A stretch of DNA of 63,772 nt, counting the filler, from a bacterium (GTDB taxonomy: Bacteria; UBP15; UBA6099; JAJRTR01), in the NCBI GenBank assembly GCA_024278215.1. It is 3 parts of 3 records of this genome, joined end to end, with 100 filler letters (N's around TTAATTAATTAA, not from the genome) between each part and the next. Parts side by side here need not be neighbours in the genome. Positions count along the whole stretch, not along the records: positions 1 to 30,066 come from JAJRTR010000170.1; positions 30,167 to 60,172 come from JAJRTR010000173.1; 1 more part is not named here. The stretch is one strand, 5' to 3'. Both the position numbers and the translations under genes were made by a program. Positions 21,165-30,826 of this stretch are shown here, piece after piece. Under the pieces are notes generated by a model. The model was not told where the DNA came from. It ran no database searches and was given only the letters and a program-made list of their open reading frames with translations. The first letter of the stretch is position 1. Each line of letters starts with the position of its first letter.

Positions 21165-22618
21165 TTTTCCTGATACAGCGCGAAGAGCTCGACCCGGAAC
21201 GAACCGTTCTGCGCAAGGTCTTGTTTCCTGTCGAGACAGCCTTCGCCGCGGCATTACTTGTCGAGAACGGCCATGAAATAGTTCCGTTCGATCTGAACTT
21301 AGCAGGCAATTCTCCTGACTGGACCCGTGATTTCGAACAACTTATCATCGAATTTAAGCCCGACGTTGTCGTTTCCGCGCCTCAGGCTCTGACTTTCTTT
21401 ATCAAAGAATGTACCGCGGACACCGCTGTCGCTTTCAAGCTGTCGAAGAAGCTCGACGACGGTATCGTTACCGTTTACTGCGGACCGTTCGCAACATCAT
21501 ATCCGCAACGTGCTCAGGATACATGCTCGCCGGACTTCATAATACGCGGCGAATATGATTCAGCGTTGCTGAGTATGGTCAATAATATCCCGGCCTCAGT
21601 AGTTTTGTCCGGTTCGGACTCACGCACAGATGCGGCGGCACGCGACGGCGGTATGTCGTTCATCGAGGATTTCGACAGCCTGCCTTTTCCGGCCTACAAA
21701 CAGTTCGGGTATAAAAACTATTTTGCATATCGCGGCAAAGGCAATCTCAGATACGCCGAACACAGCGAAAGATATACACACTACACCACTTCGCGCGGCT
21801 GCACATGCAAATGCTGCTTCTGCAATGTCGGCTTTCTGCGGGGCGGCAGAAAGTTCAGAAAAAGAGCCGTCCCAACGGTCCTGGACGACCTCGAACGCAT
21901 TAACACCGAACTCGGAATCGAGGAGATTCACTTCCTTGACGAAAACATGACTCTGAACCGCAGAAGAACCGCGGCTATATGCGACGGCATCATTGAAAGA
22001 GGCCTGGATTTCAAATGGCTTGCCGCGGGGGGGATGAGCGTCTATTCATTGAACAAAGAGATTCTTGTAAAGATGAAGGAGTCCGGCTGCTACAGGCTCA
22101 ACCTCGCTTTCGAATCCGGCGACCAGGCTGTCCTCAGAAAAATCATTCGAAAACCCCTGGACCTGAAAAAGGGGCTCGCCCTCCTGGAAACCGCCCGCGA
22201 ACTCGACTTTGAAATAATCGGCTATTTCGTGATCGGGCTACCCGGCGAAGCCCGCGCTCAAATACAGAAAACCCTCGATCTCGCCTCGCATCATTGCTTC
22301 GACTATGTAACGATCTCCATAGCAACGCCGCTGGCAGGTTCCGAACTGGAAAAGATATGCAAGCGCGACGGCCTGATAGAGGAAAAAGCGCGGCTTTCGG
22401 AAATAAGCCGCCGCTCCACAGGGGTTTTCGGCACAGATGAGTTCACTCCGTTCGAACTCGAAGAGATCAGGTGGAAAATGTGGGATAATATAAATTTCTC
22501 CGACCGGCAACGCAGAGAACGGCTCTGCCGCATCCTCGGCCTGAGCGACGGCGAACTTGCGGAATTGAGGGATAGAACCGCTTCCGACTTTCACCAACGT
22601 CACCGCGAAAACGATTAG
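21152..22618 (+). CDS. Cobalamin-binding (class B) radical SAM protein; probable CTG start
   Basis: SRGCTCKCCFC, FLDEN, FESG, IGLPGE. The frame extends 23 codons upstream of the track start to CTG 21152, 7 nt after GGAGGTG. Confidence 0.85.
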   Translation: MAKVVFLIQREELDPERTVLRKVLFPVETAFAAALLVENGHEIVPFDLNLAGNSPDWTRDFEQLIIEFKPDVVVSAPQALTFFIKECTADTAVAFKLSKKLDDGIVTVYCGPFATSYPQRAQDTCSPDFIIRGEYDSALLSMVNNIPASVVLSGSDSRTDAAARDGGMSFIEDFDSLPFPAYKQFGYKNYFAYRGKGNLRYAEHSERYTHYTTSRGCTCKCCFCNVGFLRGGRKFRKRAVPTVLDDLERINTELGIEEIHFLDENMTLNRRRTAAICDGIIERGLDFKWLAAGGMSVYSLNKEILVKMKESGCYRLNLAFESGDQAVLRKIIRKPLDLKKGLALLETARELDFEIIGYFVIGLPGEARAQIQKTLDLASHHCFDYVTISIATPLAGSELEKICKRDGLIEEKARLSEISRRSTGVFGTDEFTPFELEEIRWKMWDNINFSDRQRRERLCRILGLSDGELAELRDRTASDFHQRHREND

Positions 22619-22831
22619 CCCGGATTTCTCATAAAGAAATCCGGTTCGGTGTTCGGCAATCGGAGTTCGGGATCCGGGAAAAACAAAAACGTCGAACACC
22701 TCGAACCTGATTTTTCAACGTTCCGGGGCTGAGTTCCAGAACGATAACACATGCCGCATTTTCGTGCCCAGACAAATTCGGTTTGAGCACGCCACACATA
22801 GTTTTGGCCCGCATTGGTGAAATATGCGGGT
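22618..22831. mobile_element. MITE-like element (family A ends), 214 bp, TA-flanked
   Basis: TA|GCCCGGATTTCTCA...TGAAATATGCGGGT|TA imperfect terminal inverted repeats; same ends as 34540-34748. Confidence 0.75.
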
Positions 22832-22988
22832 TATCTGCCTGGTGACAACATGTTGTCGCTTACGGCGCGATAAGGGACTGTTGGCATAGCCGCAAACAGC
22901 GGGATTGCTGATAAGCAATCATAACTATTCGTAAGCTTTTTTTGGCATTTTACCGCAGTTTTCACACAAACTTGCGCTATAATGGTTG

Positions 22989-23037
22989 GAGCCGATTGCA
23001 GAGGACCGCAGCGGAATCGGAATCTTGCAATCGGCTG
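22989..23037 (-). repeat. Repeat family B copy
   Basis: GAGCCGATTGCA...TGCAATCGGCTG, 49 bp, with core similar to other B copies. Confidence 0.8.
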
Positions 23038-23084
23038 TTTTTATTTGCCGGATAATAAAACTTGTTGTGAAGGGAAGACATGAT

Positions 23085-24830
23085 ATGCTGCTGCTGAACC
23101 CAAAGAAACATGTGCGGAAGTATAAAGACGAAAAAACAAAAGAGATTATGCTCGAGACCATTGATTTCTTCGAGAAAAAGGGGCGCGGAAAACTCAAAAA
23201 GGACGACCACGAGCGAACATGGTATGCGGACTTCCTCGAGTTCCAGAAGGAAAACAGGATATTCGCGCGGCTGCTCACCCCGGCGCAATATGGAGGCGGC
23301 GACGAAGAATACCGCTGGGATACTTTCCGCAATTGTGAGTTCAATGAGATACTGGGTTTCTACGGCCTCTGCTACTGGTATACGTGGCAGGTGAGCATAC
23401 TCGGGCTCGGACCGATATGGATCAGCGACAACGAAGTTGTCAAAAAGAAAACAGCCGAGCTGCTCAAAGAAGGTGGCATCTTCGGTTTCGGGCTCTCCGA
23501 GAAGGAGCACGGCGCGGACATCTATTCGACGGAGATGCTGCTCGTGCCGCAGGACGACGGTACATATCTCGCAAACGGCCGCAAGTATTACATCGGCAAC
23601 GGCAACGAGGCAGCGCTGGTGTCCACACTGGGCAAGATCAAAAAACCGGGCGAAGTGGAGACCGACAAGTATAAACATTTCGTGTTCTTTGTCGTCGGCT
23701 CGAAACACGGTCGATATGAAGTTATCAAGAATGTTGTCAACAGCCAGTCGTTCGTCGCCGAGTACGGGCTCAACGACTATCCCATCGAAGAAGAAGACAT
23801 ACTCTCGAAGGGCCGCGACGCATGGGACATGGCGCTCAACACTGTGAATATAGGTAAATATAATCTTGGATGGGCTTCGATCGGGATATGCACACACGCT
23901 TTCTATGAAGCCATCCGCCACGCCGCCAACAGGAACCTCTATGGGAAATTTGTGACGGATTTTACCCATGTCAAACAACTGTTCGTGGACGCCTATTGCA
24001 GGCTCACTGCGATGAAAGCGTTCGCTCTGCGCGCTTCCGACTACATCCGCACAGCGAGCGCCGAGGACCGCCGCTATCTGCTCTTCACACCCATGGTAAA
24101 GATGAAAGTGACGACACAGGGCGAAGAAGTCATCGACAACCTCTGGGATGTCATCGCGGCGAAAGGATTCGAGAAGGACATGTATTTCGAGATGGCTGCC
24201 CGCGACATCCGCGCTCTCCCAAAACTCGAGGGCACGGTACACGTCAATATGGCGCTCATCATCAAGTTCATGCGCAACTACTTTTTTATGCCCGGCGACT
24301 TCCCCGACATCCCTGTTGTGGACGATGTGCGCAATGACGACTTCCTCTTCAACCAGGGTGCCACAAAGGGGCTCGGCAACATCCAGTTCGACGATTACAA
24401 CAAGGCCTATGACAGCGTGGACCTTCCCAATATCAACGTGTTCAAGCAGCAGATCGGAGTGCTCAAGGATTTTCTCATGGCATCGGCCTCCGATGCAGAC
24501 GCCGCGAAAGAACAGGCAAAAGACATCGACTTCCTGCTCATTCTCGGCGAGCTCTTCACGCTTGTCGCTTACGGGCAGGGCATCATCGAGTTCCACAATT
24601 TGAACGAGGGCGGCATCTCCAGCGACCTGCTCGACCAGATATTCGACTTCATGGTACGCGACTTCACGAAGTTCGCCACTCAACTGTATTCCAAGCCGCA
24701 GGCAACAGAAAAACAGATGGAATTATGTCTGAAAATGATCATGAAACCGGTGCTCGACAAGGAACGTTTCGAGCGTATATGGACTGAAGAGGTCTATCCA
24801 CTCAAAGACGCATACGAAATGAACGACTGA
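23085..24830 (+). CDS. Acyl-CoA dehydrogenase family protein
   Basis: FGLSEKEHGAD, LANGRKYYIGN, LPKLEGT; start moved downstream of the repeat to ATG 23085. Confidence 0.88.
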   Translation: MLLLNPKKHVRKYKDEKTKEIMLETIDFFEKKGRGKLKKDDHERTWYADFLEFQKENRIFARLLTPAQYGGGDEEYRWDTFRNCEFNEILGFYGLCYWYTWQVSILGLGPIWISDNEVVKKKTAELLKEGGIFGFGLSEKEHGADIYSTEMLLVPQDDGTYLANGRKYYIGNGNEAALVSTLGKIKKPGEVETDKYKHFVFFVVGSKHGRYEVIKNVVNSQSFVAEYGLNDYPIEEEDILSKGRDAWDMALNTVNIGKYNLGWASIGICTHAFYEAIRHAANRNLYGKFVTDFTHVKQLFVDAYCRLTAMKAFALRASDYIRTASAEDRRYLLFTPMVKMKVTTQGEEVIDNLWDVIAAKGFEKDMYFEMAARDIRALPKLEGTVHVNMALIIKFMRNYFFMPGDFPDIPVVDDVRNDDFLFNQGATKGLGNIQFDDYNKAYDSVDLPNINVFKQQIGVLKDFLMASASDADAAKEQAKDIDFLLILGELFTLVAYGQGIIEFHNLNEGGISSDLLDQIFDFMVRDFTKFATQLYSKPQATEKQMELCLKMIMKPVLDKERFERIWTEEVYPLKDAYEMND

Positions 24831-25042
24831 CACATGGTGAGTCGGTGTTGCCTGTGCGATTGAGTGCCCGGAGAGGTCGAATACAATCCGGAGCCGAGTC
24901 CGTTCGACCGAGCCCAGCGGTAATTCTGAGAACAGACTGGTGGAAGCAAAAGCATTCTGCTGTCATGTCACGTTTGTAAATGCGCAAGTTGAGGCGGGCT
25001 GCGGTGATCGTACCGCTTTGTATTGGCGTATCGAGTGTGCAT

Positions 25043-27943
25043 TCAGTTTGGAAACGTCTTTTTCACCATTTTCTGTTTCAAGCCTATCGCGAAGTTAAAC
25101 CCGCCGCATGAGGAAGTGTCCTCACATGTAATTATGCCGCCTGCTGTGTCGTTTATGTCCGGTCGTAGATCGACAAGAACGGTTGATGACTCCGACGATG
25201 TGTTTTCAGGATCGAAAGCAAGCTGTGTCGCCAGTCCTGTGATTCGGCTCCTTTTTATGGCTGGTTCTCCAGCATCCCTGCCGGTTTGAAGATAATATCT
25301 GCCGGGTCCGACGATGTACACATTTTTCTTCAGCCACCCGGGGTCCAGACGAACGGAATAAACGCCCGGCGTAATATTCTCAAAGTAATACGCGCCTGTC
25401 TCGTCGGTAAATGCTTCGCGTATTTCTCCTGTCCGGCTCTCGAGTGTGACACGCAGTTTATCGGGAGTCAGGCCACGCAGTTTCGCGAAATAGTTTGAAT
25501 AATCGACATCGACCCTGCCGCTGACGACATAGAGCGAGAGCAGCGGTATATTGATATTGCGAGTGCCGCCCGCAGCGATATGTATTTTTTGCGGGCGCTC
25601 ATTCGTCGGAGTGATTCCGACCGGAAACGAAGCGGAGTCCACAAACACATCATACGAGCCGGGAGTCATGTTTTTCACTTCAAAGCAACCATTTTCATCT
25701 GTCGAGGCAACGTATTTGTCGCCGAGTCGAACGAGAACATCTTCAAGGGGCCGGTCGTCGTTGTCGTACTCGCCGTTCCGGTTGTGGTCGACAAAAACAA
25801 CACCGGCGGCGTTGCCGTTCTTCTTCAGAGGAATTTTCACCTCGAAACTGCGGGTAAAAACAGCTGACAAAAGATTCTCATTGCCTGCGCCGTCACGTTG
25901 TATTTTATACTCCAGATTCAGGAAATCAGTGTTGTTGAATATTCGCTTAAAGCCGAATGTAGTCCTCTGCGTGCCGCCACCCGGCATATTGAGAAAAACG
26001 CCGGCCTCTTTTTTTATGTCCATATAAAAGGAAGTCCTGTCATTGCTCAAATAATACCTGAGGCCGCAGTATTGTGTAATTCTTGTTTGATAAGCGAGGT
26101 CTTCCGCCTTGAAATCGAGGGCCTTCGCGAATCCGGCGCGGGCATCGAAACGCTTGCCCCTGTACCTGCCGCTGAATGTATAATGCCTGAAATCGCCGCC
26201 TGCGCCGGTCGTGTTTTCCCGGCCATATTCAAGGCCTGTCGACACGCTTATGTTTGAGAAGTTTTTCGACACCGTAACCGCCGTGGTGTCGACAACATTC
26301 GACGTGATCCCGGACATGTCCCCTGAACTTGGGATGTCAACATGTCTTTCGCTCAGGGTCGTCGCTATCGACATTTCAGGCCCGGGCAGGAATTTCGTCC
26401 ATCCGAACGAATAATTACTGCTGTTCAATCTCGTTGACCTGTATTCTCCATCGTCGTATTCCAGAAGTGCGAACGATGTGCGGCGTGCCGCGGCCAGTGT
26501 GAACCTCGAGTCCATTGCATCATATTCGAGCTCGACATCCCGCATCGTGTGATAATCGTCCATCGGCGCGTTTTCGCTACTTTCTCTGAGGGTTGCGCTG
26601 AGCTGGAGCGGCCCCTTTGCATATCTGCCTTTGAGTTGCATCGCCGCGCCCGCGCCGCCCGTTTCCCCGATGTCGCTTTTCGTATGTGTTCCGGCGAGTT
26701 CTCCCTCGAGAAATATCCTGCCGGCCTTTTCGTAATTCACGGTAAGGATATAGGCGGAGATTCCGGAAATATGTTTTTCCAGCGACTCTTTACGAAGCCT
26801 TCCGATGCTGAAATGCAAACCCTTATTTATGTATCTGCCGTATTGAAGAAGATTGACATTGCCTGAACTCCCGGCACCATCGAAGTATGTGAAAGTGCCC
26901 CTGCCACCGCCATACGAATACCTGAAGCCGTCGAAGCCGGTATTATTCGACAGCATATCACTGAACCGGATATCCTGGTCACCGGATGTAACGGTGTTAT
27001 CCCCGAAATGCAGTTCATGCGTATTGCGTCTGGTTTCGGATCGCCCTTTTTCAAGTTCCACCCTCATATCCGATTTATAGGAAATCCCCCTGTCCTCGAT
27101 GTCGGGGATGCCGAGCTTGAATATCGTGCGTGACGGGCGGCCGCTCTCGATCAAATGTTCCATCTTCATCTTGAGCCGCAGGTACTGGAAGTACCTGGAA
27201 GCATTCGTGTGTTCCGGCGGTCGGATCGAAATATTCGATGTCTTTTCCGATATAATCATATTGTCCCGCTTCACCTTGAAAGTGATAAGCTTCGTGTCGT
27301 CTTTCATGTCCGTATTGGGGAAAACAACTGTTTTGAACGCATGCACTTCGCCCGGTGCCAGCTTTGTCGGCTCCGGGAGTTTCCTGATTATTATATCCTT
27401 ATCAGTCTTGATGTCTATATCGAAATATTCGTCCGCACTGCCGCAGTTCGCAACTGAGAATTCGACGTTGTTTTTTTCTTTACCCCGCCAGACGAATTCA
27501 TCGGGTAGTCCGCTGATCGAAGCACATATCTTTGCGTCCACAATAAGTTCAGACTCGCCTGTTACAGCCTCGCCCGCGCCGCTTTCCGGAATCAGCGAGA
27601 CTTTTATCTTTATAATCTCTTTATCATCGACATCATCTGAAATAAGAAATGTAAATGGTATTTTTCTCGACTCGCCCCGACCGAGCGCAATCGGCGCAAG
27701 GGAGCTGATAAGCGACGCTTTGCTTCCCGCGTCTATACTTATTTTATATGTTTTATCATCGTTTGATATGTTCCTGACGACAAAGGGGATCGTGACAAAC
27801 TCCCTTGATTTCACAACGCGGCCGGGAGCGAAGGCGGGCTGAACAACAACGTCGGCAGCCTGCGCGGCCGCCGCGCAGAGAGCTAATGCAAAGATACATG
27901 CCGACACCGATATTCTCTTAATTACTTTCGACGGTTCCGCCAT
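25043..27943 (-). CDS. Large exported protein: N-terminal Ig-like domains, probable beta-barrel middle, C-terminal SdrD-B/CnaB-like repeats (usher-like)
   Basis: Signal peptide ending AAAQA; alternating beta-strand central region; GVVFVDHNRNGEYD..PLEDVLV..STDENGCF..PGSY repeated. Confidence 0.6.
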   Translation of the reverse strand: MAEPSKVIKRISVSACIFALALCAAAAQAADVVVQPAFAPGRVVKSREFVTIPFVVRNISNDDKTYKISIDAGSKASLISSLAPIALGRGESRKIPFTFLISDDVDDKEIIKIKVSLIPESGAGEAVTGESELIVDAKICASISGLPDEFVWRGKEKNNVEFSVANCGSADEYFDIDIKTDKDIIIRKLPEPTKLAPGEVHAFKTVVFPNTDMKDDTKLITFKVKRDNMIISEKTSNISIRPPEHTNASRYFQYLRLKMKMEHLIESGRPSRTIFKLGIPDIEDRGISYKSDMRVELEKGRSETRRNTHELHFGDNTVTSGDQDIRFSDMLSNNTGFDGFRYSYGGGRGTFTYFDGAGSSGNVNLLQYGRYINKGLHFSIGRLRKESLEKHISGISAYILTVNYEKAGRIFLEGELAGTHTKSDIGETGGAGAAMQLKGRYAKGPLQLSATLRESSENAPMDDYHTMRDVELEYDAMDSRFTLAAARRTSFALLEYDDGEYRSTRLNSSNYSFGWTKFLPGPEMSIATTLSERHVDIPSSGDMSGITSNVVDTTAVTVSKNFSNISVSTGLEYGRENTTGAGGDFRHYTFSGRYRGKRFDARAGFAKALDFKAEDLAYQTRITQYCGLRYYLSNDRTSFYMDIKKEAGVFLNMPGGGTQRTTFGFKRIFNNTDFLNLEYKIQRDGAGNENLLSAVFTRSFEVKIPLKKNGNAAGVVFVDHNRNGEYDNDDRPLEDVLVRLGDKYVASTDENGCFEVKNMTPGSYDVFVDSASFPVGITPTNERPQKIHIAAGGTRNINIPLLSLYVVSGRVDVDYSNYFAKLRGLTPDKLRVTLESRTGEIREAFTDETGAYYFENITPGVYSVRLDPGWLKKNVYIVGPGRYYLQTGRDAGEPAIKRSRITGLATQLAFDPENTSSESSTVLVDLRPDINDTAGGIITCEDTSSCGGFNFAIGLKQKMVKKTFPN

Positions 27944-28124
27944 GACCGGATCAGGGATATGCGAACGGCAAAGTGCGGTATAACAAAAGGACTTCAATGC
28001 GGAGAACACCGGTGCCCGGAGGAAACAGAGAGTAAAAGACATTCCCCTCCGCGCGCTTCGTTTCCCTGCGAATTCCGTGTTGATGTTTTTTTGTATTCTG
28101 CACATTTCATCCAGTCGCCTGCAA

Positions 28125-28643
28125 CTATATCGCCTCGGCAAGTGTATATACTATGGTGATGCTGTAACTGCCGGGTTTGTCGGTCCAATCGGTTTTGACT
28201 CTGTAATCAATTTCCACGGCACCGTCGCCCGAACCGGAATCGACTATGTTTTCGTTTGTAGTAAACGGAGTGTAATTGCCGGTGCCGTTAAGTCTCCATT
28301 CCAGGTGACCGCAGGCCTTGTGTCCCGCAATGGAGACAAATTCGGGAGTCGTCGCGCGTGCTGTAATCTCCCAGTTGAGTGTTTCGGTGTCTATTATGGT
28401 GATTTTCTGCGCGTAGTCGAGTGAGGAAGCGCCTATCTCTTTGAAACCTTTCATTAAGTCGGAAGCGTAAACGTAACCGAAATCGACCGAGCCGCTGTCG
28501 GCGACAATAAAAAAATCCGCGCGGCAGATACTGGTTTTCAAGCAGATCGACAAAGTGATCAATATTATGATAAACGGCAATATTCCCGTGCCGAACTCTT
28601 TTCGCGAAGCCGTATTATTATGTGACGAACCGCTGGTTGTCAT
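28125..28643 (-). CDS. Small secreted beta-rich protein, pilin/fimbrial-subunit-like
   Basis: Hydrophobic N-terminus, VDFG, C-terminal PGSYSITIVYTL strand; start uncertain. Confidence 0.55.
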   Translation of the reverse strand: MTTSGSSHNNTASRKEFGTGILPFIIILITLSICLKTSICRADFFIVADSGSVDFGYVYASDLMKGFKEIGASSLDYAQKITIIDTETLNWEITARATTPEFVSIAGHKACGHLEWRLNGTGNYTPFTTNENIVDSGSGDGAVEIDYRVKTDWTDKPGSYSITIVYTLAEAI

Positions 28644-28734
28644 CGCCGCCGTCGCGAAGGAGCCGCCTTTTAAATATCGTGTCGTAAAATATTCCGTTTT
28701 CAATGTTCTCTCCTCGGGCTGTAACACGGAGTTT

Positions 28735-28783
28735 GAGCCAGTTGCAGTCGACCGCAGCCGAAACAGAATTTTGCAACCGGTTC
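28735..28783 (-). repeat. Repeat family B copy
   Basis: GAGCCAGTTGCA...TGCAACCGGTTC, 49 bp. Confidence 0.8.
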
Positions 28784-28796
28784 GTTTGTATAAAGC

Positions 28797-29612
28797 TCAA
28801 TCGGCAACGAAATGTGTTTCTCCGGCAATAAGCCTGTCCGTGCCAATGTCGAGAACGGCGAGTGCGATATACTCACCGGCTGGAAACGAACCGTCGAAGA
28901 CTGTTGTGATTTCTCTCTCTCGGCCCGGAACGACATAATATTTAGATGGAATCTCCGTGCGGCCTATCGTCACTCCATCCATATTTCTTATTTCAACGAA
29001 ACCGCCAGGCTTGAGAAGTGTGTTTCCACTATTTTTAAATCTGACTATCGCACGATAGCGTGAACCGCTTTCACTGTTTTTATTGATTGTTACGCCGGAA
29101 ATCGCACCATCGGGGTGTCGGTCTTTCATCACATTTACAAAAACTCTTACGGCATACCTGAATTTTGTTTTGATCATAATCTGCATCGTTTTTTCGGCAT
29201 TATCGCGAGAGTCCGGCATCTCGACGCCTTCAAGCATGATCGACGTCCAATAGGAGCCGGACGCATTCAGGGGAACATCTATCGAGTACTTGACTATGTC
29301 GCGGCTGTTACCCGGCAATTCGGTTGTTTTCCCGGAGACGGCGATCCAGTCGCTGCAACTCCGGTCGCCGGTTCCAGCTTGTAAACTCACGTCGTTGCCG
29401 TCGGGAAGCTTGTCCCAGTCTTCGAGATAGAGCCTGACTTTTTCTGCAGCCGGAGACATGTTTTCAAGCCGCATCTCTCCAGTGTAGACCCTTCCCGGCA
29501 GCGCGTCGATCTCGATCAGCATCGGAGATACATTGAATGCTTCCGCCTGAAACGGTATCACTGATAAACACAATGTTAGAATTATCTTTCGCAGCATCGC
29601 CGGAGTCCTCAT
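28797..29612 (-). CDS. PapD-like pilus chaperone / two-Ig-domain exported protein
   Basis: Signal peptide, FNVSP, GSYWTSIMLE, FKNSGN, VVPGRER, PAGEY..VLD. Confidence 0.65.
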   Translation of the reverse strand: MRTPAMLRKIILTLCLSVIPFQAEAFNVSPMLIEIDALPGRVYTGEMRLENMSPAAEKVRLYLEDWDKLPDGNDVSLQAGTGDRSCSDWIAVSGKTTELPGNSRDIVKYSIDVPLNASGSYWTSIMLEGVEMPDSRDNAEKTMQIMIKTKFRYAVRVFVNVMKDRHPDGAISGVTINKNSESGSRYRAIVRFKNSGNTLLKPGGFVEIRNMDGVTIGRTEIPSKYYVVPGREREITTVFDGSFPAGEYIALAVLDIGTDRLIAGETHFVAD

Positions 29613-30027
29613 CTCTCGTTGTTTCGTTTGAATCTTCGATCTTTAAAACCGCAGGGAATATTCCGGGCACGATGCCTCCGGCACCTGTTACGCCTGTATT
29701 CCCGCTGCTGTCCGCACCGGCCACTCGCAGTCTCCCGGCAGTCCGGCCGGCGACATCAGGAGCACTGAACAACCAGGCAACGCATATCACGAGCGCGCCC
29801 GCCGACGTCATCACCAGGTCCAGTGCTTCTATGTTTCCAAGCATCATGATGTCGTCCCACAAAACTTCCTTAAGAGAACCGCAAACGACAGTCATCAGGA
29901 ACGCTGTCATGATTGCGCCGAGCCTGCCCATTCTGATTGAACTGAAAAACATATAGAGCAATGCGCAAATCACTATACCGGCCATGAAGTGTGCGATACC
30001 GTCTGTTCCTGAAATGAAGTGTGGCAT
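29464..30027 (-). CDS. Hypothetical membrane protein (VanZ-like); 3' end uncertain
   Basis: Three hydrophobic helices with D..AHF, KE..D and D motifs; the tail overlaps the next gene by 149 nt. Confidence 0.4.
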   Translation of the reverse strand: MPHFISGTDGIAHFMAGIVICALLYMFFSSIRMGRLGAIMTAFLMTVVCGSLKEVLWDDIMMLGNIEALDLVMTSAGALVICVAWLFSAPDVAGRTAGRLRVAGADSSGNTGVTGAGGIVPGIFPAVLKIEDSNETTRDEDSGDAAKDNSNIVFISDTVSGGSIQCISDADRDRRAAGKGLHWRDAA

Positions 30028-30049
30028 TGGAATAGTTCTCTTTTCTTCG

Positions 30050-30066
30050 GAGCCAATTGCAAAATC
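30050..30066 (+). repeat. Repeat family B end at the contig break
   Basis: GAGCCAATTGCAAAATC immediately before the N gap. Confidence 0.7.
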
Positions 30067-30166
30067 NNNNNNNNNNNNNNNNNNNNNNNNNNNNNNNNNN
30101 NNNNNNNNNNTTAATTAATTAANNNNNNNNNNNNNNNNNNNNNNNNNNNNNNNNNNNNNNNNNNNN
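30067..30166. other. Artificial contig linker
   Basis: N-run, TTAATTAATTAA (stops in six frames), N-run; 100 nt. Confidence 0.97.
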
Positions 30167-30170
30167 AGTC

Positions 30171-30668
30171 GTGAACGCGCGCGAAACAGACATTGCATAC
30201 GCCATCGAGTTCATAGAAAAGGCGCTCACTCTCTTCAGCCGCTATGGCGACCGGACGTCACAGGCAAACTGCTTCTACGAACTCGGCTACGTCTACTACG
30301 ATTCCGAAAACCTCGATAAAGCCGAGCAGTTTTTCACTAAAGCCCTCAAACTCTATGCCGATCTCGGCATGAGCCGCAACCAGGCCGACGTCCTCTCCGG
30401 ACTCGGTCGCGTGCATCTCGAAGTCGACGACTATGCCGCCGCCTTGAAAAGTTTCGAAGAAGGCGTGACATTATATCGCGAGGACGGTGACACAATAGGC
30501 GAAGCCAACCTGCTGCAATATATGGCCAACGCCTATGTGAGTATGGGCCGCGCCGGTGAAGCCCTCGACCAACTCGAACGCTCCCGCGACATCTACATCA
30601 CTACCGGCGACGCAGAAGGCATCCAGATGGCCGAAAACAATATGGCCTGGGTTAAAGATAATATGTAG
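30171..30668 (+). CDS. Tetratricopeptide-repeat protein, 3' fragment
   Basis: Repeated A..LG..Y...A...F..AL TPR units; truncated by the gap. Confidence 0.8.
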   Translation: MNARETDIAYAIEFIEKALTLFSRYGDRTSQANCFYELGYVYYDSENLDKAEQFFTKALKLYADLGMSRNQADVLSGLGRVHLEVDDYAAALKSFEEGVTLYREDGDTIGEANLLQYMANAYVSMGRAGEALDQLERSRDIYITTGDAEGIQMAENNMAWVKDNM

Positions 30669-30688
30669 TGGCTGAACGAAAATATGCT

Positions 30689-30826
30689 CCAACCGGAATG
30701 TTCGTAAAATGCCTGCTGTCTTCGTTGTCCTCAGTCACAACGCGCCGTATTGCCTCCTTCGTCCGCCTCGTTTACGAACATTTTCCACACATTCCGGCTT
30801 GGCCCGCATTGGTGAAATATGCGAAC
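30689..30826. mobile_element. MITE-like hairpin element followed by a family A hairpin
   Basis: CCAACCGGAATG..AAAATG / CATTTT..CATTCCGGCTTGG inverted ends, then CCCGCATTGGTGAAATATGCG. Confidence 0.6.

Noticed and set aside
22977-24683. 568-aa minus-strand ORF, and similar long antisense or alternate-frame ORFs (7867, 9999, 13255, 15213, 19605, 31556, 49053)
   Set aside because: Shadows of well-supported genes; no recognisable motifs
30067-30166. TTAATTAATTAA palindrome between N-runs (also 60173-60272)
   Set aside because: Artificial six-frame-stop linker; not biological, and it invalidates synteny across it
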